A stretch of DNA of 32,000 bases from the sequence record PQ821890.1; one strand, 5' to 3'. The notes below the pieces were generated by a model that was not told the origin of the DNA, did no database searches, and was given only the letters and a program-made list of their open reading frames with translations. How positions within the stretch are numbered: position 1 is the stretch's first letter; each line of letters begins with the position of its first letter. This DNA comes from Proteus phage ABTNLPp2. This document shows positions 16,209 to 23,360 of this stretch, piece after piece. Made by a program: the position numbers and the translations under genes.

Positions 16209-16499
16209 TTAAAGTCCAATCCATTCCAGCACTTCAGGAACTGATTTATTTTCGCAATAAAGATTAGTGCCAGCAACTACCAAATCATTCTGGTCGACAT
16301 CTTCAATGAGCATCTTTTGGTTCGCATTAGCTCCCGCAAGAAGGTCTTTAATTAGCTTAGGTTTTACCGTGTCCCAATCGCCTTCGACAAATTTAAGGCA
16401 TTGAATAGAGTTATAATCAGCTACTCCCGGAGTTGCATGGGCTGGAACTGCTGAACATGATGCTACTACCAATACGAGACTTGCAATTAACTTTTTCAT
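16209..16499 (-). CDS. sp: Spackle-like periplasmic superinfection-exclusion protein (96 aa)
   Basis: Signal peptide MKKLIASLVLVVASCSAVPAHA; two further cysteines; length and location as T4 sp/61.3. Confidence 0.82.
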   Translation of the reverse strand: MKKLIASLVLVVASCSAVPAHATPGVADYNSIQCLKFVEGDWDTVKPKLIKDLLAGANANQKMLIEDVDQNDLVVAGTNLYCENKSVPEVLEWIGL

Positions 16500-16527
16500 T
16501 ATTACTCTCCAGTTTGTTGATAAAGTA

Positions 16528-16561
16528 ATAGTATCATAGTTTTTAGTTGTTGTAAACGGTT
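16528..16561 (-). promoter_or_regulatory. phage early promoter upstream of sp
   Basis: Minus strand AACCGTTTAC-N18-TACTAT. Confidence 0.85.
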
Positions 16562-16570
16562 GAAGTAAAA

Positions 16571-16621
16571 ATTTTTTCGTTACTCTCTAGTTTTTCAATA
16601 AGGTGATAGTAACTCAAACTT
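16571..16621 (-). repeat. degenerate duplicate of the spackle 5' leader
   Basis: ttttttcgttactctctagtttttcaataaggtgatagtaactcaaactttt aligns to tttttcattattactctccagtttgttgataaagtaatagtatcatagtttt at about 16490-16541. Confidence 0.65.
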
Positions 16622-16640
16622 TTCCTTGCTTCTTCAAACG

Positions 16641-16832
16641 TTAATTTTTTAACTGAAAGATACCTTGAATAGCTATTTTCTTACCATTGCTAAGGACGAC
16701 CAGTGTCCCGTAGTCCCATCCTGATAAATCTATTGAGTTCCATATATCAACACATACTTGTAGTGACTCATCCGCTACTATGAACTTCTCGTGACCATCT
16801 CGGTCACGATTGGCAATTAAAACATAAATCAA
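16641..16832 (-). CDS. hypothetical protein in the dmd/61.4 slot (63 aa, probable TTG start)
   Basis: Coding-strand ORF overlapping the gene 41 stop (TTGA); SD-like GAGGA inside the gene 41 tail; no clear match to T4 Dmd. Confidence 0.6.
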   Translation of the reverse strand: MIYVLIANRDRDGHEKFIVADESLQVCVDIWNSIDLSGWDYGTLVVLSNGKKIAIQGIFQLKN

Positions 16833-18268
16833 AATTTAAGTTCCTCTGCAAGTGCGTCCAGCTTAGCTCGGGCTGATGTCTGGTCCGCGCGTTGTTGTCT
16901 ATTAGCCTCGGCTTTTCGTTGCTGAGCTCCGGATGTTTCAGTAACTGGAGTTGGCTGAGTTCCACCTTCCTGCGCAATTTCAACCCAGCGCTGATTTCCT
17001 TTCTTAACGCCTACCGCAAACTTATTCCAAATATTTTTATCGCCATAACGAGATTTAATCTGCTTGATGAGTTGTTGCCCCATCTGAGCAAGTTCTTCTG
17101 TCTCAATCACAGCAAGCATGAAGTCCGCCGTAGCCGGTAAGCCAGCTGATTCTGCAATGTCGGACATATTCATATCAGAAGCATCCCATGCACCACGACC
17201 AACCTGAGCTGCAGACCAGACGACAGTTTCTGATTCTACTGCCAACGCACGGAGTTCTTCGGCAATTGCTTTCACTAAAGTGTAACTGTTTTCAGTATAA
17301 ACACGAATACGACAAGAACCACATATTCCTAGATAGTCAATCATAATGACATCAGGAACAAAATTCTTTTTAAGTTTTAACTCATTTAGTAAAGCTCTAA
17401 ATGTGTTCGCATTAGCTCCGCCGGTAGGATATTGTTTAATGATTAAACGACCAAGAGTATTTTTATCTCGCCATTTTTCCATCTTACCTTTGTATTCTGC
17501 ATATGACACATTGCCATCATCAATATCATCCAAAGATACATCAAGCAGGTTAGCATCAATACGTTTAGCGCAGACCTCCTCGGCCATCTCCATAGAAATA
17601 TAAAGAACATTCTTACCAGTTTGAAGATAATCAGCTGCTAAAGAACACAATCCAAGAGACTTACCAACGTTAACACCAGCCATGAGAATGTTGAGAGTGC
17701 CAGTTTCTGCCCCGCCCTTAGTGATACGGTTCAAAATATTCATCAAGAATGGAACTTTACGAGCCTTGTTCTGATACGCTAACCAACGAGCTTCATAATC
17801 TTCCATCCAATCATGACCGACATAAGAGTCAAAACTAATAGAAAGAGCTTGACGCATAATGTCTGGAATTGCTCCAACATCCGGTAATTTTTTATTTCTT
17901 TTTTCTGGCGGTAGTTCAGCGTTCGTTTGAATTTCAATGATTTTTGATGTTGCGTTATACATCGCATGAGACTGAACATATTTCTCAGTCTCTTTTACCA
18001 ACCATGCTTGGTCTTCTGGCGTATCTGCTAATTTATCAATTAATTTTTTAGCTGATTCAGCTTCAGATTCGCCTAGAGTTGAATTGTCTAATGCAATATT
18101 CAAAGCATTGATTGAAGGGACAGATTGATATTCGTTGATATGTTTTTGTAATAAGTTAAACACATTTTTAGCCGGGCCATGTTCAAAATATTCTGAATCC
18201 ATATATGGCCAAACTTTTGCGAAATATCCTTGATTAAAAATAAGATGCGATAATATTGTTTCTACCAC
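16829..18268 (-). CDS. 41: replicative DnaB-like DNA helicase (479 aa)
   Basis: NILMAGVNVGKSLGLCSLAADYL, LYISMEMAEEVCAKRIDANLLD, DVIMIDYLGI, WSAAQVGRGAWDASD. Confidence 0.97.
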   Translation of the reverse strand: MVETILSHLIFNQGYFAKVWPYMDSEYFEHGPAKNVFNLLQKHINEYQSVPSINALNIALDNSTLGESEAESAKKLIDKLADTPEDQAWLVKETEKYVQSHAMYNATSKIIEIQTNAELPPEKRNKKLPDVGAIPDIMRQALSISFDSYVGHDWMEDYEARWLAYQNKARKVPFLMNILNRITKGGAETGTLNILMAGVNVGKSLGLCSLAADYLQTGKNVLYISMEMAEEVCAKRIDANLLDVSLDDIDDGNVSYAEYKGKMEKWRDKNTLGRLIIKQYPTGGANANTFRALLNELKLKKNFVPDVIMIDYLGICGSCRIRVYTENSYTLVKAIAEELRALAVESETVVWSAAQVGRGAWDASDMNMSDIAESAGLPATADFMLAVIETEELAQMGQQLIKQIKSRYGDKNIWNKFAVGVKKGNQRWVEIAQEGGTQPTPVTETSGAQQRKAEANRQQRADQTSARAKLDALAEELKF

Positions 18269-18278
18269 GGTAACCTCA

Positions 18279-18638
18279 TTAAAATAATTTGAAACGTTTT
18301 TTATTACGCTCAGCTAACGCTTGCTCAATTTGAATTTTAACACATTTTTCAACATGCGGAGCTAGTTCTGCTTTTCTATCTTCGGATAATGTAGAAAAAT
18401 CTACAGAAATTTCGTTTCCATTGTGATTTATTGATGTGACATAAACTATATGTGAAGACCCATCTTCTAATGTTATCAAAATTTCTTGTACTATATTAGC
18501 CATTGCCTTTTTGACAATATCTAATGATTTTTGGTAAACTCTTTCTGTCCTCTCAAATTCCCCCTCCTGAGAGGGGGCTTCTTCGACGACTTCAAGATTT
18601 AAATCTAATTCGCTTAAATCATAATCGTCTTGTTTCAT
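18279..18638 (-). CDS. 40: gp40-like head-vertex assembly protein (119 aa)
   Basis: Position between 41 and uvsX; similar length to T4 gp40. Confidence 0.8.
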   Translation of the reverse strand: MKQDDYDLSELDLNLEVVEEAPSQEGEFERTERVYQKSLDIVKKAMANIVQEILITLEDGSSHIVYVTSINHNGNEISVDFSTLSEDRKAELAPHVEKCVKIQIEQALAERNKKRFKLF

Positions 18639-19801
18639 TATTCGTCCATCATAGAGTCAAGGTCATCTTCAATTGCTGCCGGAGACGGAGCATGAGAACC
18701 TTCGGGAGCTTTGAAAACCTCAGTTTTTGAATTAATCAATGCATCAACTTCAGCATCAACAACCGCGTTACTATCAATTGCGCCCAGTTGATATTTACGT
18801 TTAATTGCATCACGGAACGGTTGATGCTTGAACATCGGTCCCCAGAAATCTACACATGATGTAGCTGCGGCACGCCATGATTTTTCTTCACGAACCATTT
18901 CACCGGTTTCAATGTCCAAATATTCGCGAGCATACCAACCATTTTTTGGTTTAACTACAAACCCAAGCTCCAATGCCATTTCAAGCAAACCGGAATACGG
19001 GTCAATACCACCATCAAATTTAACATCAATAAAGAACTTAGATTTCTCTTTAACTGTACGAGATTTTTCTGCGTTTAAAACAAACTGATAACCTTGCAAA
19101 TCAGTACCGTCTTTAATCTGACGTTTACCAATGATGAACACGGTATCTGCAGAATACATCGGGCCAGTACCACCGGTCATTACTGTTTTACTGAACATTT
19201 CAATAGTTTCAATTGTATGGTTAACTGCAACACATGGAATGTTCTTAATACTAAAATACGGAGTAACGATACGGAACAGAGATTTCAATGCCTTAGCACG
19301 AGTCATATCTGCGACCGATTTTTCGTTCAACGCATCTTCAGTTTCTTTCTTGGAAGCGAGGTTACCAATTGAGTCGATGAATACAATAACTTTCTCACCG
19401 CGTTCAATTGCTTCTAGCTGATTTACCATATCAATCTTAAGTTGTTCAACAGACTGAACCGGAGTATGAATAACACGGTCAGGGTCAACGCCCATAGATT
19501 TCAGATAAGCCGGAGTAATACCAAATTCACTATCATAGAACAGACAGATTGCATCTGGATGTTTTGTCATATAAGCACTGACCATTGTCAGAGACATATT
19601 CGATTTAAAGTGCTTTGACGGACCAGCAAAGATTGTTAAACCAGACTGCATACCACCATCTAATGCCCCACTGATTGCAATGTTCAGCATCGGAATTTTA
19701 GTACGGATAACGTCTTTTTCGTTGAAGAATTTGGACTTAGTTAATTCCGCGGTCATTTTAGAAGTGGATGCTTTAATCAGACGAGATTTTAAATCAGACA
19801 T
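18638..19801 (-). CDS. uvsX: UvsX RecA-like recombinase (387 aa)
   Basis: Walker A region TIFAGPSKHFKSN, CLFYDSEFGITPAYL, KVIVFIDSIGNLA, PCVAVNHTIETIEMFSKTVMTGGTGPMYSAD. Confidence 0.97.
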   Translation of the reverse strand: MSDLKSRLIKASTSKMTAELTKSKFFNEKDVIRTKIPMLNIAISGALDGGMQSGLTIFAGPSKHFKSNMSLTMVSAYMTKHPDAICLFYDSEFGITPAYLKSMGVDPDRVIHTPVQSVEQLKIDMVNQLEAIERGEKVIVFIDSIGNLASKKETEDALNEKSVADMTRAKALKSLFRIVTPYFSIKNIPCVAVNHTIETIEMFSKTVMTGGTGPMYSADTVFIIGKRQIKDGTDLQGYQFVLNAEKSRTVKEKSKFFIDVKFDGGIDPYSGLLEMALELGFVVKPKNGWYAREYLDIETGEMVREEKSWRAAATSCVDFWGPMFKHQPFRDAIKRKYQLGAIDSNAVVDAEVDALINSKTEVFKAPEGSHAPSPAAIEDDLDSMMDE

Positions 19802-19857
19802 TCATTTTTTCCATAAGTCTCCATTATATTTTTCTCACGGGTTTAAAGGATAAAGTA

Positions 19858-19882
19858 ATTATATCAAAACAAATTTAAAGCG
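19858..19882 (-). promoter_or_regulatory. MotA-type middle promoter of uvsX
   Basis: Minus strand CGCTTTA-N12-TATAAT; T4 uvsX is also driven by a middle promoter. Confidence 0.75.
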
Positions 19883-19943
19883 ATTAGTTTAAATTTTTGA
19901 AAGAAGGTACACTAGAAGTATACCTTCGTGAAAATTTTTAAAC

Positions 19944-21020
19944 TTACAGGTCAATAGCCTTGCGGAACTCTTCTTGCCAAATTGGTTTTTCATCAAGATA
20001 TTTTTGAAGAATTTTGTGCTGATATTTCAAAGTTTCAACACGGAACTCTTCATCTTCTTTAATCTTGTTGATTTTATCTACTAATTCTTGACGATTACTC
20101 ACATAAAAGAAATCATTACCTTCCATGATATTCATGTCAGGGTCAAACGTGCTATCGAAGAATGCCACTGCAGTAGATGCTAGAGCTTCCCATACACGAG
20201 GAGTGATTTGGTTATTGTCGTAAGTTTTATCGCCTAATACAATAGTAGCATACGCGGTTGAGTTACGTTGAACCATTTCGCGAGAGTCTACTTTACCGGG
20301 GAATACCGGCGGAGTCGTCCAAGGAAAGTCTGGGTTCTTGAACTGTTCTGCTTTCACTGAACCAAAGAATTCAACATCCAATCCAGTATCAAATAGGTAT
20401 TCAACCATTTTAGCTTCACGGTTACCAGAACGGAAAGTGCCGCCATAAATCAGGTCTCGCATTTTGATGCCATCTGCGGCAATCTTAAAGACACTGTGGT
20501 ACATTTTATGACGGTCCAAAGCAAAATGAACGAATTCTAGTTTATCGGATAAACATCCAACTAAACGATCAGAATGAATTTTCTTGCATTGCTCTAGATT
20601 TCTTCCCTGAGATACAATACGCATTGGAGATGTTACAATGAATTGTTCTTCTTTATATTTACTGGACCATTTCTTTTTAGACATTCTTCGCCAAGCTTGC
20701 TCAAACGGAAGACGAATATCGGTGAACAAATAATAAATTTTTGATTTATACTTATTCATGAACATATAAGCTTCTTTGTTCATCTTATTTTCTTCGCCGC
20801 CATAGAAGTTCAGAGCAGCATTAACGACCAATAAGCGGTCATACACATTCGGGTCTTTTACTGAATCGAAAGAAATTCCATACTGTGTATTTTTCATTGA
20901 AATAAGGTCAACATCAAGACCCATATCTTTTAAACATTCGGACAAATAAATTGTTTCTGAAGCAGGGGTTGTTTTAAACCCCTGGATGTTATTGCCCATA
21001 TTAATAATAGCAATTTTCAT
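19944..21020 (-). CDS. b-gt: DNA beta-glucosyltransferase (358 aa)
   Basis: MKIAIINMGNN, SETIYL, YKSKIYYLFTDIRLPF, IYGGTFRSGNREAKMVEYLFDTGLDVEFFG match T4 beta-GT. Confidence 0.96.
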   Translation of the reverse strand: MKIAIINMGNNIQGFKTTPASETIYLSECLKDMGLDVDLISMKNTQYGISFDSVKDPNVYDRLLVVNAALNFYGGEENKMNKEAYMFMNKYKSKIYYLFTDIRLPFEQAWRRMSKKKWSSKYKEEQFIVTSPMRIVSQGRNLEQCKKIHSDRLVGCLSDKLEFVHFALDRHKMYHSVFKIAADGIKMRDLIYGGTFRSGNREAKMVEYLFDTGLDVEFFGSVKAEQFKNPDFPWTTPPVFPGKVDSREMVQRNSTAYATIVLGDKTYDNNQITPRVWEALASTAVAFFDSTFDPDMNIMEGNDFFYVSNRQELVDKINKIKEDEEFRVETLKYQHKILQKYLDEKPIWQEEFRKAIDL

Positions 21021-21853
21021 AGTGTCGGTTCAATCTCGCTAAATTTATGAAAAGCATCTGACTTCTGCTTTTTAGCAACACACATACGAAGTACTTTCAA
21101 AGGTTCATCAGTACCAAACATAGTTTTGGTTGGGTCACCTTCTGATTTCCACCGAGCTTGAGTTGGGAAGTCAGCATGAATTTTTTCCAGCGCTCTGTTC
21201 TGTTTAGCAGCATTACGCATAGATGATACACCACCTGGAGCTTGTCCTTTACCTGATTTAACGAGATATTTAAAAATCGCCAAATGAGGATAACCCATAT
21301 TAATGAGTTTAAGAAACGCGTATGTATCTTCGGATAGGTCTACTATACCATATCCAATGTCATCAGCAGAAAGTTTGCTTAAATCATAAAAAGTATTTGT
21401 AAACCCATAAGAGTTCTCACGGAAATGACCCCATTTAGAGTCAATCTTGAATATTGGCAAGCGAGCGTGACCATGATAAAAGCCGCAGTCCATCGCTGTT
21501 TCAACATAAAGACAAAGATTATTAAATTCATCCCAGGTCATTCCAACATCATGGAGAATGCGCCGGTCATCTTTTTCGCGAATTTCCGTTGTATGAATAG
21601 TAGTATCATCATCCAACATCCAGATGCGTTGTCCTTGATACATTTCGGTAATTAAACGACGAGTACCAGCAATCCCATTTACATCATCCGGGATAGTTAC
21701 TGTTTTAGCAATTGTGCTATATCGAGTTTCGTATTCTTCTTTTTGAGATTCGCGAACTACAAGATGAGCGACATAACCTTTAGGGAACATGTCTAGGGCA
21801 GTAACTGCCCCGACACGATTATAACTTGGAATTACAAATTGAATCATTTCCAA
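21017..21853 (-). CDS. second glucosyltransferase, beta-glucosyl-HMC-alpha-glucosyltransferase-like (T2/T6 type; 278 aa)
   Basis: IQFVIPSYNRVGAVTALDMFP, WMLDDDTTI (DXD-like), MDCGFYHGHARLPIFKI, KGQAPGGVSSMR; recalled similarity to the T6 enzyme; adjacent to b-gt. Confidence 0.82.
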   Translation of the reverse strand: MEMIQFVIPSYNRVGAVTALDMFPKGYVAHLVVRESQKEEYETRYSTIAKTVTIPDDVNGIAGTRRLITEMYQGQRIWMLDDDTTIHTTEIREKDDRRILHDVGMTWDEFNNLCLYVETAMDCGFYHGHARLPIFKIDSKWGHFRENSYGFTNTFYDLSKLSADDIGYGIVDLSEDTYAFLKLINMGYPHLAIFKYLVKSGKGQAPGGVSSMRNAAKQNRALEKIHADFPTQARWKSEGDPTKTMFGTDEPLKVLRMCVAKKQKSDAFHKFSEIEPTL

Positions 21854-22581
21854 TGGCCTTTATAATCTTTCTTTGATATATGAGTTTCACCAGTATGATA
21901 AAAATGGTCAACTAGATAGAAGTGGCGAGAATAAACATGTAAACTACCCACGTTCCAAATAATGTCACCAACTACATATTTTTTATCACGACCGCAGTTA
22001 AGTGTTTGTACTAATAATTCTAACACATGTTTTTGCCAAGCATAGTCATTTCTAAAACCGAAGACTACATCATTGCTTCTCATACTCACAACAGCATGAA
22101 CTTGCTCATCGCGAATTAAATATTGAACCGTGTTTGTGCACATAAAATCACTCATGCCATCACGGTTATAATCAGTCTGCATACTTGGACGAGTATAAAT
22201 CATAATTCCGCGACGAGAATCTGGGTTGACACTCAGTTCTGCCGCACAACTTGCAAATTGGCTATAATTATCTTTATTCCAAATTGCCCATCCGTAGTTT
22301 GAGTTAATCTCGCCGTTTTTGGATGAAATCTGGTCCCAAATTGCTGGAGTTTTTCCTGGAATGTCTTTAACGAATAAACTTTGAGACTTATACCATTCTA
22401 ATTCGCGTGCTACATACTCATCATTAACTGAACCAAAAATAAGTTCTTCATCTGCAACAAAAGACGCGCCGATAATTTCAATAGTTTTTACGCCAGTTTT
22501 ATCAATAACAAACTCTTCATTCTCGAGAGCTACAGCAAATTCCTGACGAATGTCTTGTATTGTCAAAGGTGTGATAATCAT
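21844..22581 (-). CDS. 42: dCMP hydroxymethylase (245 aa)
   Basis: Thymidylate-synthase-like fold; AVVSMRSNDVVFGFRNDYAWQ, GSLHVYSRHFYL; position and length as T4 gp42. Confidence 0.96.
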   Translation of the reverse strand: MIITPLTIQDIRQEFAVALENEEFVIDKTGVKTIEIIGASFVADEELIFGSVNDEYVARELEWYKSQSLFVKDIPGKTPAIWDQISSKNGEINSNYGWAIWNKDNYSQFASCAAELSVNPDSRRGIMIYTRPSMQTDYNRDGMSDFMCTNTVQYLIRDEQVHAVVSMRSNDVVFGFRNDYAWQKHVLELLVQTLNCGRDKKYVVGDIIWNVGSLHVYSRHFYLVDHFYHTGETHISKKDYKGHWK

Positions 22582-22826
22582 TTTGCCTCTTTAATTACGA
22601 TAATTTGTTGAGGTTGGTTATTTTTTCGCTCAGCGACAAATGCCCAAACTAAAGCAACCAACCACCCAATGAAAGTCCAACCAAAAATAAGATTTAAAAA
22701 GAAAATTCCAACATTAGATTTTGTCCCACGAAGAAGAGCAATAATCCACGGAAGAAAATACGCTAAAAATGCTAAGAACAATGAACCAAAACCAAGTGCC
22801 GCTGTACCCAATACGATAGTTTCCAT
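22578..22826 (-). CDS. imm: Imm superinfection immunity membrane protein (82 aa)
   Basis: FFLNLIFGWTFIGWLVALVWAFV typical of the superinfection-immunity family; position as in T4. Confidence 0.93.
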   Translation of the reverse strand: METIVLGTAALGFGSLFLAFLAYFLPWIIALLRGTKSNVGIFFLNLIFGWTFIGWLVALVWAFVAERKNNQPQQIIVIKEAK

Positions 22827-22854
22827 TATAATTTCCTCTATTTTATCAAATGAT

Positions 22855-23310
22855 TTATTTAGCGTTTTTAGCCATACATTTATTAAAAGCTTTCACTTTT
22901 CCGCCTGAACGATAATGAATAACTGCCAGCCGGGTTTTATTATTTGGATTTTTGAAGTATTGTTCACGAAGAACTTCTTCATGAGCTTCTACAACAAATT
23001 CACACATTCTGATAGCTTTTTCCTTTTTATCGAGTGCAGCTTGACGTTCATCGCCTTCAGCTACTGATTTTTTAATTGCAGCTTCAAGCGGACTATTCGC
23101 GCGGCGTTCTTCAATTTCTTTAATAGCGTTAAGAGTTTCCTGCGAGACTTGAGAAGTTGCACGAGTATAAACCATCCCAGAAGCTGGTTTGTAAACCAAA
23201 TTACCTTCACTTCCATAATGTGGTTGCGAATAAGGTTGAATAGAACAACCTGCTAAAGTAGTTGCTGCTATAACAATCAGTGATTTCAAATTAAATTTTA
23301 TTTTCCTCAT
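22855..23310 (-). CDS. putative lipoprotein (151 aa; start MRKIKFNLKSLIVIAATTLAGC)
   Basis: Lipobox LAGC after a basic N-region; track start at 23346 lies upstream of the predicted early-promoter TSS. Confidence 0.7.
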   Translation of the reverse strand: MRKIKFNLKSLIVIAATTLAGCSIQPYSQPHYGSEGNLVYKPASGMVYTRATSQVSQETLNAIKEIEERRANSPLEAAIKKSVAEGDERQAALDKKEKAIRMCEFVVEAHEEVLREQYFKNPNNKTRLAVIHYRSGGKVKAFNKCMAKNAK

Positions 23311-23326
23311 TTGTTTTGATGAGATA

Positions 23327-23360
23327 ATAGTAACACATCCTTCCATGGATGTAAACGGTT
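23327..23360 (-). promoter_or_regulatory. phage early promoter upstream of the lipoprotein/imm genes
   Basis: Minus strand AACCGTTTAC-N18-TACTAT; overlaps the gene 43 stop. Confidence 0.85.

Noticed and set aside
18840-19421. Overlapping opposite-strand ORFs inside uvsX
   Set aside because: Mirror-frame artefacts of a highly conserved recombinase gene; not independently supported.
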